Source of the DNA: Eledone cirrhosa
Lineage: Eukaryota
Assembly: GCA_964016885.1 (NCBI GenBank)
Contig: OZ024744.1
Location: forward strand, 94,550,001-94,614,000
Reading direction: 5' to 3'
DNA length: 64,000 nt
Positions 25,651-39,057 of this stretch are shown here, in pieces. The position numbers were made by a program, and so were the translations under genes. How positions within the stretch are numbered: position 1 is the first letter of the stretch; the number at the start of each line of letters is the position of its first letter. Below the pieces are notes generated by a model. That model did no database searches. It was not told the DNA's origin and worked only from the letters and a program-made list of their open reading frames with translations.

Positions 25651-28335
25651 TCGGTCGTAAACACAAAAGCCTTCCCTAGTGAGGAATGTACATCCCAACA
25701 TAGCTTAGTTGTCAGCGACCTCACGGTCAGAACTAGACAAGCCCTGAAACAGAGGCCAACCTGGAGAAGAAAGATCTGGAAGCTGAAAGTCCCCTCAACC
25801 AGTAATAGATTTAAAAATATTTTACTCAACGCCTACGACAGTAAAGAAGAACAGATAGAGACATTTAAAGTAGAAGAGAACTGGGAGTTCCTAAAAAATA
25901 ATTTACTAGAGGCGACGGACGAGGTCTGTGGCTGGAGTAAGACCTCAAGCAGGAGGAGAGTGACTTGGTGGTGGAACAATAAGGTAGATGAAGCAGTCAG
26001 GGCCAAGAGACAGGCATGGAAAGAATGGAAGAACGGGGGGAGCAGGGTACATTACATAGAGACCAAGAGGGAAGCTAGGCGACAAGTATACTTAGCTAGG
26101 AGGGAAGCAGAGGATAGAAAATTCAAGCATGTTTAACAACGTGAGGACCAGAAACAGGAGGTATTCAAGATTGCGAGGCAGTGTGTCAGAGATAGTTGTG
26201 ATGTCATTGGAGAGAAGTGTATCCGGAATGATAAAGGTGAGCTTGCCCTCACAAGTGCTGAGAAGAAAGATGCACGGTAGAGTCATTATGATAGATTACT
26301 AAATGAGGAGAATGCATGGGAAGAAGAGACCCTACCCCAAGTAGACCCTATAGAGGGACCAGCAGTACAAGTCAGCGGCAGCATAGTAAGTAAGGCAATC
26401 AGAGATATGAAGATGGGGAAGGCAACCGGTCCATCGGGTATAGCTGCCGAGATGCTGAAGGCATCTGGGTCTGTAGGTCACACTATAAGCACACGTATCG
26501 TTAACCAGGTAATACTAGAAGGGGCCATACCAAAAGATTGGTGCAGTAGCATCATTGTCAACTGCTACAAAGGCAAATGCGACGCTCTAGATAGAGGAAA
26601 CTATAGAGGTATAAAGTTGATGGACCAGGTCATGAAAGTAACAGAAAGAGTTATAGCACAGTTGATTAGGGACCAGGTGAAACTAGACGAGGTGCAATTT
26701 GGGTTTGTACCAGGAAGAGGCACCACTGATGCCCTCTTCCTTGTGAGGCAATTACAGGAAAAGTACCTAGCTAAAAGTAAGCCACTCTATCTGGCATTTG
26801 TCGACCTTGAGAAAGCCTTTGACAGAGTTCCACGTGCTGTAATCTGGTGGGCTCTTAGAAAACTAGGAGTAGATGAATGGCTTGTGAAAGCGGTACAAGC
26901 CATGTATAGGGGAGCAGTCAGCAAAGTTAGGATTAGCAATGAGTATAGCGAGGAATTTAGCGTACAGGTTGGGGTCCACCAGGGCTCTGTTCTTAGCCCT
27001 CTCCTGTTCATCATAGTCCTGCAGGCAATAACGGAGGAACTTAAGACCGGATGCCCATGGGAACTCCTGTATGCTGATGACCTCGCTCTCATAGCTGAAT
27101 CTATGATAGAACTAGAGAATAAATTCCAAACCTGGAAGCAGGGACTAGAGAGAAAGGGTCTCAAAGTCAACATGACAAAGACTAAGGTCCTTGTAAGTAG
27201 ATGAGAAAACAGAACCCAGATCCCCTCAGGGAAATGGCCTTGCTCAGTATGTAGGAAAGGTGTAGGTAGGAACTCCATTCTCTGCCCCAAATGCAAACAA
27301 TGGGTACACAAGAGATGTAGCGGGATCTCAGGAAGCTTAATTAAGAATGTAGGATTCACATGCAGCAGCTGTGCTGAAACAGCAAGCAGCAAACAGCCAC
27401 AGGAAACAAGTACCACCAATCTCTGGGAGGGCCCTGTAGAAACAGTAGACAGCTTCTGCTACCTAGGTGACCGAATTAGCAACGGAGGTGGGTGTTCAGA
27501 AAGTACAATAACTAGGGTAAGAACGGGATGGAAGAAGTTTAGGGAACTACTACCACTGCTAGCTGCAAAAGGCTTCTCCCTCAATGAAAGGCAGACTGTA
27601 TGATGCGTGTATCCGAACAGCGATGTTGCATGGTAGTGAGACCTGGGCGCTGAAGGTGGAAGACTTACGTAGATTAGAGAGAAACGAAGCCTGCATGCTC
27701 CGATGGATGAGTAACAGTAATATACGTGAACGACAAAGCATAAATGAATTGAGAGAGAGACTGAGCATAAGAGGAATCAAATGCTGTGTGCAGGAGAGGC
27801 GGTTGCGCTGGTATGGACATGTGATGCGTATGAAGGATGACAGCTGCATAAAAAGGTGCAGAGCACTAGAAGTCGATGGAAACCGCGGAGTGGGGAGACC
27901 CAAGATGACCTGGGATGAGGTGATAAAAGCCGACCTTACCCAATTACACCTCTCAAAGACAATGACACACGACCGTGACTTCTGGCGTCACGCAGTAATA
28001 CAGAGTACCCGACCTCCCATGGGTACATGCTGAAGCATATAAACAATATGCCCCCACACCCCCCACCGCAAGGTGGTCGTGGAGGTGCCACGGCAAAAAA
28101 GCACCCAGCCCACACTGTAAAGTGGATGTGTAGGCGCCACGAAAAAGCACCCAGCACTCACTGTAAATGAGGTTGGTGTTAGGAAGGGCATCCAGCTGTA
28201 GAAATCAAGCCAGATCAGTTCCTGTATGAGCAAGGCATGGTCAGCCGACCAGACACTCCACACAACAGGACAACCCGTCTAACCCATGCTAGCGTGGAAG
28301 AACGGACGTAAAACGGTGATGATGATGATGATGAT
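25651..28335 (+). mobile_element. 5'-truncated young RTE LINE (endonuclease end, RT, Cys-rich region, 3'UTR, (TGA)n tail); inactivated
   Basis: ORFs 25570-26136, 26407-27204 (YLAFVDLEKAFD, QGSVLSPLLF, YADD) and 27584-28033; in-frame stops near 26134, 26278 and 27202 and a frameshift near 27583. Confidence 0.95.
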
Positions 28336-28384
28336 ATGATCTGCAACATATATATATATTAATATATATATATATATATGTGCA

Positions 28385-28918
28385 GGGCAATAAAAATAGA
28401 CGGTAGCCACGGAGTAGGCAGACCCAGAAAAACCTGGGACGACTTGATAAATTCCGACCTCACACACTTACACCTCTCCAAGACACTGTCACTGGACCGA
28501 GATCTTTGGCGCTACACAGTAATACAGAAGACCTGCCTTGCCTAAGTACAAAGCGAAACCTACAGTCAGTAGGCACCTCTAACAAAAATACACCCCCGTC
28601 CCACCACCCCCACCCCATCGATGTAAAGTTATGTTGGTACCACAACATTCAGTCCGAAATAAATGAGGTCGTGTAGGTGTCACGGAAAAAAAAACACACA
28701 GTCCACGCTGTAATCTGACTGTGTAGGTAACGGTAAAAACCTCCCAGTCCACACTGTAAACGTGGTTGGTGTTAGGAAGGGCATCCAGCCGTAGAAAACC
28801 CGCCAGACAGTCCTATACGAGCAAGACAACCAATCTTGCCTCAAGTGGGAAAACTCCCGTCCAAACCCATGCAAGCGTGGAAGATGGACGTTAAACGATG
28901 GTGGTGGTGATATATATA
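28385..28918 (+). mobile_element. 3' end of RTE subfamily 2
   Basis: Reverse complement of 9437-10320 (with a single UTR unit) and of 42800-43380. Confidence 0.85.
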
Positions 28919-29347
28919 TACACACACAGAAATATATATATATTTCCGTGTGTGTATATATATATATATATATTACACACACAGAAATGTATATATATTT
29001 CTGTGTGTATATATATATTACACACACAGAAATGTATATATATTTCTGTGTATATATATATTACACACACAGAAATGTATATATATATACACACAGAAAT
29101 ATATATACATCCCTTAGCTACTGTACTGTATCTGTTGCTATCTCTCTCTCTCTCTCCAGCTATCCCTCTCTTTTAGTCTGTCTGTTTCTCTCACTCTCAC
29201 TCTTTCTCTTTGTAACACACTAACATTCCTCCCCTCTATCGCTGTGACGAATGGGGAGATGGAGGAGGGGGAGGAAAGAGTTACTTTGTCACTTCACCTC
29301 TGCCTTTCTTTCTCTCCCCTCTCACTCCCTCGTTATGTACAGACATT

Positions 29348-29542
29348 AGGGCGGTGGATTGGCAGAATCTGTAGAGAGTCGGACACCATGCTTCATAGCA
29401 TGGAGTTACGTCCCTTTACAGTCTTAGTTCAAATACCGCCGAGGTTAACTTTGCCTTTCATCCTCACGGGGTCGATAAAATAAAGTACCAGTAATGTACT
29501 GGGTAATTGCTGGCCTTGTGCCAAAAGTAGAAACAATTATTA
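29348..29542 (+). mobile_element. Family-A SINE
   Basis: A and B boxes, Meta-like domain, GTAGAAACAATTATTA tail. Confidence 0.8.
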
Positions 29543-29659
29543 GAAACATTGCTTCATTTTTACATATCTAAGCATTAGTAAAATAACTAATAATTTCAAA
29601 AGTAATTTTTCAATTCCAATTGTTATGAACAGCAAAACATTAATAATAATTTTGTTCTA

Positions 29660-29997
29660 AGAAATATATATACATTTCTGTGTGTGTAATATATATATAT
29701 ATACACACACAGAAATATATATATATACACATAGAAATATATATACATTTCTGTGTGTGTAATATATATATATATACACACAGAAATATAAATACATTTC
29801 TGTGTGTGTAATATATATATATATACACACACAGAAATATATATACATTTCTGTGTGTGTAATATATATATATATATATATACACACACAGAAATATATA
29901 TATATATACACATAGAAATATATATACATTTCTGTGTGTGTAATATATATATATATATATATACACACAGAAATATAAATACATTTCTGTGTGTGTA

Positions 29998-30032
<35 letters not shown>

Positions 30033-30095
30033 GAAATATATATACATTTCTGTGTGGGTAATATATATATATATATATACACACACAGAAATATA
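29660..30095. repeat. Self-complementary minisatellite, block 3
   Basis: About ten CACACAGAAAT..ATTTCTGTGTG units. Confidence 0.9.
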
Positions 30096-30299
30096 TGGGC
30101 ATTTCTCTGTTTGTCTGTCTGTCCTTCCCTAAAACTCAATTGTAGGTGCTACAGAAATATTACCTTCCCCTTCCTTTCTCCACTTTGGTACTACCAAGAG
30201 AAACACTGTCGCTATAGAAACATTACCTTCCCCTCTCCACTGACTTTGGTCACTGAGGCCGAGGGAATCGTTAGTTGCTATAGAGACACCTTACACAAG

Positions 30300-30880
30300 T
30301 CTATATATATAAAACAGAGGATGTCTGTGTGTGTCTGTTTCCCTAAAACTCGAAGTCCCCAACCGTTTTTTTTCAAACTTTGCACATGTAACCCTAGGGA
30401 CCGCAGTAGGCGATTTAGCGATCTCTTTCTCTTAGTCTTTCTCTTTTTAGATAGATACATAGATATGACGTCGCGCCTTCATAATATCTGTCTGTATGCC
30501 TGACTGTCTGCATTACGTCATTATGACGTGATCAGTGTGTGTGTGTGTGTGTGTATATATATTCTTATGCCAGGGAATGTCTTCACGAACCAAAGTATCG
30601 TCTTCCTGTTTTCCAGATGGATTTTTTTTTAGTTTAAGAAGATCCCGTTAAGGTTGAAAGCAGCGATTCTTTGCTTAAACATGAATATGTTATTTGAAAA
30701 ACTTTAATCTGCTATTTTAATATATATATAATTATATTTTCATGGACAGATATTTTTGCATACACAATAACAAAATATAAACAAATGTATTTATTTCACG
30801 AGGCTCGATAAAGATAAATATATATCAAATATATAAGAACCCTAGAGCAAATCCCGAGCAACGCCGGGCCATTCTGCTAG
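30300..30880 (+). mobile_element. Non-autonomous Helitron 1
   Basis: 5' TCTATATATATAAAAC; 3' hairpin CCCGAGC-AAC-GCCGGG followed by CTAG ending at 30880. Confidence 0.85.
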
Positions 30881-33800
30881 TCTATATATATTAAACAGAA
30901 GATGTCTGTCTGTGTAACCGCATGCATTTCTACATTTTACAACCGATTTGCACCATATTTCATACATAGGTTTCTGAAGTCCTATTACGCGTCGTTTTTT
31001 TCCGTACAGAGATTGCCCCCCCCCCCCCCGGGGGGGGGGGGGTAACCTCATTAAGCCTTTCGCTTGGAGTCAGCAGTACTACAGCATAAACGCCCCATAA
31101 TTCCTGCAGTTTGCCTCCCATCTCCACCAAAATTAATCTTTTGTTTGCTTATGGCCTACAAATAAATACTGTATTAGTACCTGATAACTTTTAAAGTTTA
31201 CGTTCAATTTTAACTTTACCGGACACATTGTTTACCCATTGTACCCATTGTCTAAAGATGTTGATGACACTGTCTATACCTGGAACAAGCAAGGGGATCC
31301 CTAGGGGGCAGTAAGCCCCGGCGAGTCATTTATTGAATTTGGCTATTGTAATGCAGCAAAGCGTCATAGCTTCGATAATTGGTAGTCTAATAAAACGAAT
31401 TTCGACTTAGTTGTTATTCATGTACTACAGATGAAGATACAGTGAGGCACATTTACTTACATTTCAATTCAGCAAGAGGACCCCCTCGGGGATAATGAGC
31501 CCAGTTCATTAACCTATAAAAGTTCCAACTGCCACAATAAAAAAGCACCATAACTTCGGGAGTTTATACTTGATTCTTACAAAAACTAAACGAAATGGTT
31601 ATTTCCTGCCATAAGATAAAGCACCACACATTTGTTATCACTTGAATTTTGCAAGGGAACCCCCTAGGGAGGGCAGTGAGCCCCTTTGGACCACTTTTAA
31701 AGTTCATATTATGGTCGCAGCAAAGCATTTCAACTTCTGGAAATAAAAGTCAATTTAAACGAAAGTTGATGCATTGGTTACTCATGTCCTACAAATGGAG
31801 TAGCGAATTTTTAAATCCCTCTGACTTAACTTTAGTTTGTTTAGTTAACTTTAGGATGATTGAATTTAAGTTTGCACTCGGTTGTCTCCCCCGTGTAATT
31901 GCACCACAATTAAGTGCGGAATGGGGAGTTAAATTCTTTTCTTTGAACTTTGGCGTCATTTCACTCTCCTAACCAAGAAAGCGCGATTTAACCCAGGTGT
32001 AAATTTTAACGCCTACTCTATGTGGATTGTGCTATTTCACACTCATGCCTAAACTGTGCAAATGATTGATTAGTTTTTGCACCCGGTTGTCTCCCCCGTT
32101 TAATTGCACCTCAATTAAGTGCGAAATGGCGACCTCTGGCCAACCACACATCAGTGAGTTGTGTTCAGTAGATTTCGTCACACTTATTTGTATTATCTCA
32201 GCAATCAGACAACTTGAGCGTTGTTCATTGAGCGAAATCACTCCTATTTATATCGGTCAAGTCTGACCTAGGATCACACTTCTTTTTTGGCTTTTGACAA
32301 GTGGTAGGTTTTTTTACATGCGTACTCTCATAAGCTACCCCATGTTTCTGAAATGCATGCTTCTTCAACATTTGTTACCATAAAGGAGGTTTAGTTAATG
32401 TGTTTATGGTCATAAGGTTCCAGTTTATCATGCTGTGATTTTTCGGCCATTTTTGCCTGTATCCTTTCAATGGTTAGTACTTACTTATTGCTATGTTCGA
32501 ACTGAACCAACATACTGACACTTATATACCTACCACTGTAGCCACACTATTTAATTTCCTTTATCACAGGTAGTCCGTACACTGCATTGCCCCTAACTTA
32601 AAACCTGAAATTTGACTGGTACACAAAATCTTGCAAAACATACCCACTTTCTCACACCACATAGATTTATCATATTTTTTCACAATTATATCCGTGTTTA
32701 GATTTGCTTACTTAAACGTTATTTGTTCACTATTTATCATTCTCCCTGGTTAATTTTCTAAAAACAAAGCCAAGAAAGGAACTTTCATTGGTTGATTATC
32801 TAATGATGCAAGTAGGTCTAAGCGAAGGCGTCTCGCCGAAGATGTAAATGCGACTGCGATCAGGCTCTCACAGAATGCTGTGCAGACGGCAGCTGCAAGA
32901 GCGGAGGAGGATGACAGTCGGTGTGAATTAGATGGAACAAAGATGCTGTTGCGACTGCTGTTGCTTGCGTTTGAGAGGATGAAGGACGACGCGCTGTTCG
33001 ACGAAGTAGGGACGCCACTGTAACATCCGCTGCTGCGCTCGAGAGGATGAAGGATGACACGCCGTTCGACAAAGCAGGGGAGCTGCTGCCACTGCTGCTG
33101 CACGAAATACTGAAACCATAGAACAACGACGTGGCTGACTTCTGCAAAGTGAACAGCGGCGATCATCGTTACCTGGCATTTCTCGGACTTGCAATTCACA
33201 ATGGTTGTTGAAGGCCTTTAACTATGACCCCTCCTCCGACTACGTCGTGCTTGCCTGGAAACCTGCACGTCTATAAGTCCCTTGACTCTGGCTGATCCGG
33301 ACGAAGTTGTTAATTACCCCACAGAATTTCTTAACTCCGTAGACCATCCCGGATTGCCACCACACTCTCTGCGACTTAAGAAAGGTGCCCCTGTCATGCT
33401 CCTCAGGAATTTAGAACCCTGAAGGCTTTCCAACAGCACGCGTCTGGTCGTCCAAAAGGCGATGCCTCATGTTATTAAGGCAACAATACTTACAGGATGT
33501 GGTAAGGGGGATACTGTCTTCATACCAAGGATACCTCATTCCATCCAATAAAGACATTCCTTTCACATTCAGAAGGCTGCAATTCCCTCTCCAGCTCAGT
33601 TTCGCCATGTCGATTAACAAATCACAGGGTCAGACACTGACGGTCGTAGGGCTTAATTTAGAAGAACCGTGCTTCTCCCATGGTCAACTGTATCCGTGAG
33701 CTTTTTTGTCCTTTTGGCAATACCACGTACACCTCTGAGGTTGCTTTTGCTATATGTTATAAATGTTCAATGTCTCCGTTTTCCGCATTTATATGTTCCT

Positions 33801-34302
33801 ATTACGCTTTGTTATCGATGTTCCGTAGTTTTAACCTAATTGATCTACTTTCCCCTACATCTTATTTACACATTTTTTTTACATTCCAGCGTGATCTTGC
33901 CAAGGCCGTTTTTGTGGCCACCGACAGTTACATGCTTTTCTAGGTTACAATCTCAAATAACAAGCAAAGCAAATAGGACACACCAAAGTGGTGTAAAGGA
34001 CTTCTTAAGGGCCACCACCTCTTATCGGAGTCGTCTTTGCTGACAGCTCTGCCACTGGGACTTTTAAGAGTGAACGATCCAGGTCTCTTCAGGGCCACCA
34101 ACTTTAAATTGTTACCATCAGAGTCGTCTTTGCTGGCAGCACCGCCGCTGAGATATTTCAAAGCGAACGTTAAAAGGTCCTCTTCAGGGCCAACATCTAT
34201 AAATTGTTACTTCTATAGTCGTGTTTAACGGAAGTCTTTCAGTTCATTTGAACGACTACTTCATTGAGAGTTATACCGGGCAACGCCGGGTATCTCTGCT
34301 AG
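30881..34302 (+). mobile_element. Internally deleted Helitron 2 with RepHel remnants
   Basis: 5' TCTATATATATTAAAC; 3' hairpin TACCGGGC-AAC-GCCGGGTA followed by CTAG ending at 34302; contains a PIF1 helicase fragment. Confidence 0.9.
33290..33697 (+). pseudogene. Helitron PIF1-family helicase C-terminal fragment
   Basis: [34 protein letters not shown], a stop, TRLVV...VFIPRI, a frameshift, then FTFRRLQFPLQLSFAMSINKSQGQTL..VGLNLEEPCFSHGQLY. Confidence 0.93.
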
Positions 34303-34552
34303 TTTATATATATAAAAACGAAAATGTCTGTCTGTATGCAGGTAATGCATTTCCACAGTTTCCATCCGATTTTGTTCAAATTTGATACATAGGTTATTTA
34401 GCTCCCGGAGCATGTCAACATATAGTTTAAATCTTTCTCTCCTCTAAAATAGCAGTGTTCTGGGCCTTTTTAAAGACTGCCATGTTGGGGGGGGGGGGTC
34501 TTTATTTACAATGGTGAAATGTGTTCCCGGTAACGACGGGCTGTTATGCTAG
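34303..34552 (+). mobile_element. Non-autonomous Helitron 3
   Basis: 5' TTTATATATATAAAAACGAAAATGTCTGTCTG (TC mutated); 3' hairpin CCCGGT-AACG-ACGGG followed by CTAG|T. Confidence 0.8.
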
Positions 34553-36682
34553 TATCTAATGAAAGACACATACTGCCAATGTATTTCAAATCATTTTGAA
34601 AATAATAAAAGATTTCAAGAGATTTATTAAAATCACTCTCTCATTAAACTGGTATTTGAGCCATAACTTCACAAAGGTTTTTACATAAAATTATAATGGA
34701 AACTTCTTAGATAAATATGTACACTGTAAAACAAACAGGGCTGTATTGTAGAACCTGGGGCAGTTTCAAACAGCTTGGTATCAAAAGCAATAATAGGGAG
34801 ATGGAGTTGTAGGGTTTAAGAAATTTCATGAATGAAATCCTAAACCACAAAGAACAAAATAAGATTCATGTTAAATCCATTGGACAATAACCTACACTTT
34901 GTAAACATTGTGGACTTTACTTTGGTCCAGTCTGGACTCTACCCACCGCCTCTTACTAACATGCAGGTCAGACATCTTGATTCTCTCTGAAAACTCAAAA
35001 CATGGAATTTTGGGGATTTCTATAACACCTGTTAGCTCTTGCATTTCTCATCACCATCACCATTTAATGTCTGTTTTCCATACTTGCATGGGTTACATGT
35101 GTTATCACGTACTGAGGCTAAACTGGTCAGTTAACCACATCCTACTTGTACACTTTGTTTTGGGGTTGGTTTTTACAGTTGGATGCCCTTCTTAATGCTA
35201 ACCACTTTACAGGGTGTACCTGGAGCATAGTTTTTACAGCTGGATGCCCTTCTTAATGCTAACCACTTTACAGCATGGTTTCTATAGCTGGATGTCCTTC
35301 CTAACACCAATCACTTTACAGAGAGTACAGGGAACATTGTTTTTACATGTGGATGCCCTTCCTAATACCAACCACTTTACAGAGGGGACTGGGAGCATGG
35401 TATTTACAGCTCAATGTCTTTCCTAATGCCAACCATCTAACGGTGTGTACTGGGAGCATTTTATCATGACGCCTGAACTACCACCTTGCAGGGTTGACTG
35501 GATACTTTTTGCTATAGTACCAGCACTACCACAATGCATCAATAATGCTACCGGTGAAGCAGATAGCTCTTTTCTTATCCTGAACACTGTAAAATAATAT
35601 TATTACCTTCATGTATCCCTGACTGACACACACACATTCCAATTATGTCTGATATTTTTCGTGCCTCCTCAGCCAGCCTTTACAAAATCTCCACCATCTT
35701 TGCCCTATCAGATTATCTCCAATGTCTGCCTAATCAAAATCACTCTCTCCTGAACCTTCTGGTACTTGAGATTAGCCTATTGTTAATAACCCCAGTTTTA
35801 AGTTGTCTCTGGCAGCAGATATGCTTCACTCCCTGATCCAGTTGGTGCCTGAAAGTACTATTTAACTCATGTCCCTTAACATCCCTCACACAAAGTTCAT
35901 AAATCCTAGTCCCTTAAGTGGTTCATGCAATTCTGTTTTGTAACAGCAATGGCAAAGAACATTGTCTACGTACACCACCTGCTTTCAAAAGGGTCCTTGG
36001 CTGTGTCACTCACTGGTTTTGGAGTGCTGCACTGACAATTGGCATAGTTGCTTCTTCCAGGCAATCGGAACAGTTGCTTCCTCCAGGCAATGGACACAGT
36101 TGCTTCCTCCAGGCAATGGGCACAGTTGCTTCTTCTATTTAGATGGCCTAAAAAAATCTTAAGCATGGGCCAAACTTCCCATGCTACATACAACACATGC
36201 TTTGCAGAAATTACTGTATTTTCTGGCCTATTTGATGCCACATTGTATGAGGTACCCCCTACTTTTACAAGGAAATTTTGAGGAAAAAAGAATTTCTGTA
36301 TATTTCTTCATAAATTTATAAAAAATTATTTCATAGTTTTTTTTTTCAGGAATTTTTATATAAGTTTGACATCATTTTACTTATATAAATTGTGTTGTAC
36401 TACTGTATTAATAATAGTAATACAAAGTAAATTTTCTTAAAACCTCAATTGTCCTCACCCTCCATTTGGCCTCCCATCGGTGATACTGGTGTAATTGGAT
36501 GGCGGGAAGATTATTTTAAAAAAAAAAAAAAAAGTGTGCCTAATAGGCTGGCAAATACAGTAGTTTACATTTGCTACTTTTTATCTGAAAAAATTTTTCA
36601 TCAAATTTTTTTTTTTGGGGGTTGGTGGGTAGTTTACATGAAATGAATTTATATTTGACCTTTGGTGATTCTTTACTTTCAG

Positions 36683-36771
36683 GCCTAAAAAGGATCTAAT
36701 GAATGACGAAGTAGTTGATAATTTTTCTAAGAAAAGATGTTTAGCATGGTTTCAAGAATATTCTGGCTCTG
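36683..36771 (+). CDS. DCUN1D5: DCN1-like protein, coding exon 2: PKKDLMNDEVVDNFSKKRCLAWFQEYSGS
   Basis: Acceptor CTTTACTTTCAG, donor G|GTGAGA; 89 nt with phases 2 and 1; matches DCUN1D5 FSSKKCLAWFYEYAG. Confidence 0.92.
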
Positions 36772-36841
36772 GTGAGATTGCTTTATTTTTTTTTGTTTTT
36801 TTTTATTTCGTAGTTGCTTTTTTTCTTTTTATCCACTTTCT

Positions 36842-36874
<33 letters not shown>

Positions 36875-37742
36875 TCATTGTCATGATGATGATGATCATC
36901 ATCATCCCTTTCTCTCCACACCACACAGGGTATACTGGGTATGTTTTATTATGACAATAGCACTATGGAGGTCTTCATGTCCTTGACATGATACAACTGA
37001 AGAGTCTTGTCTACCCTTTGGCATATTTTCTGCAGTTAGCTGCCCAACCTCTCACCAACCACCTTATAGAGTATATTGGGTGTGTTTTATGGTGACACTA
37101 GTATGAGAGGTTATCATGTCCTTGACACTACTTGATATAACCCAGTCCAGGAATCAAACCCATGACATTATGATCGTAAGTCCAACACCCTTACCACTAG
37201 GCCCCATGCATCCACTGAGTATATTGGAGCAATGTGAAATGAAGTGTTTTGCTGAAGTACACAACACATAACCCAGTCTAAGAATTGAACAGTCCAACAT
37301 ACTTACCACTAGGCCACATGCTTCCACATATTAAGTTAAGGCAGTCGATTTTTAGGTTTGTTAGCAAATTGGACAAAAATCAGTAATTTTTCTAGGTTGT
37401 CTCCGTTGATTTTTTTTTTCTTTCTAAAAACCAGAATTAATCGTTTAGTTTTACATATTGAGACCTCAACACATCCTATTTATTTTATAACGTATGAGAT
37501 TTCTAGTAATGTTCTTTGTTTGGTCATGTATATTTTTTAATGTCTAAAGAAAATTAATTGTTGCAGGAATGCTACTACTTATAATAAAATTTCGCCAGAG
37601 ATAGAATAACAAAATTTAATAAGTTAGGGGGTGGAAAAAATCTGAAAAATTAATCAGTGGTGAGTGGACAATTATTCGAGACTCAAGAATATTACACCCA
37701 CCCCAATCATGGCTTTTTGCTTAAATTAGAAATCATTATTTC

Positions 37743-37924
37743 ATTGGCAGTATCGGTAGAGTGTTGAACGGCATGCTTTCTAGCATAGTTACGTCCCTTT
37801 ACAGTCTGAGTTCAAATCCCGCCGAGGTTAACTTTGCCTTTCATCCTTACGGGGTCGATAAAATAAAGTACCAGTAATGTACTGGGTTATTGCTGGCCTT
37901 GTGCCTAAAGTAGAAACAATTATT
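37743..37924 (+). mobile_element. Family-A SINE
   Basis: A and B boxes and Meta-like domain; followed by the same 21-bp flank as the copy at 24497. Confidence 0.8.
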
Positions 37925-37946
37925 AAGTTAGCATATATGTTACATA

Positions 37947-38437
37947 TAAAAAAAGGATGGAGACCCCTTCAGTTATGAAGGGCCATGGAATTTGTACCTA
38001 GATAGTTCCCCTCCGAGGCACAAGTCAGGGCAAGGTGTTTGTGGAAGACCAGCAGTCGTCCATGTGTACCAGCCGCATCTTTCCACGCCACCGATCTTGT
38101 CTAGGGGAAAGGCAATGGCTGATACAGCTTGGCATCTGTGACGTCACAGCTTAGTAAACTGGGGCAACGTTACATAAAGTGTCTTGCTCAAGAACACAAC
38201 GCATCACCCGGTCCGGGAATCGAACTCACTTCATGATTTCAAGCCCACTAATTGGATTGGCAGTATCGACAGTGTCAGACACCATGCTTTGCAGCATAGA
38301 GTTATGGTCTTTTATGTTCTGAGTCCAAATCCCTCTGAGGTTTGCTTTGCCATTCATCCTTACAGGGTCAATAAAATAAAATACCAGTAATATACTAGGA
38401 TAATTGCTGGCCTTGTGCAAAAAGTAGAAACAATTAT
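37947..38437. mobile_element. Inverted copy of the composite SINE at 11614-12104
   Basis: Reverse-complement identity with only a few substitutions visible. Confidence 0.85.
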
Positions 38438-39057
38438 TTCATATTAAAATTTGCAATTAGATGCCTATATATCTATTTATATTTATTTCTTCTAAATTTT
38501 GAGATTTAAAAACAAATGTTTGGTTTTTCTTAGTCTCGTCTGTTGTGCCAAGTTGGTCAACATGTGTGAGTGTTATTTGTTGTTGGTACCCTCACACCAC
38601 TAAACCCCTAAACCACTCATCATTTGACCCTATAACAATTGTCAATAACTACATATAATTTTTGAGAAGAAAACTGAGTTAAATTACACCTGGAGATGGT
38701 AAAGTTTCAACTATTATTATAGTTATTTGTGATGAGGCAACTACATTTCTAATTTAAGTTAACTAGATGTTTACAATTAACTTATAATTAGATATTTTTT
38801 GGACAATATGCTTTGCAGCATAGAGTTGTGGCCGTTTATGTTCTGAGTTCAAATCCCGCCGAGGTTAGCTTTGCCTTTCATCCTTACGAGGTCGATGAAG
38901 TCAAATGCCAGTAACACCCTGGGTTGATTTCATCGACTTTCCCCTCCCCCTTCTGTCTAAATCAGAAACCATTATTATAATCATTTGTGTTGCGACCACT
39001 ACATTTCAAATTTTAAATTTAAATAGAGATGTTCACAATTAAATTATAACTATATAC

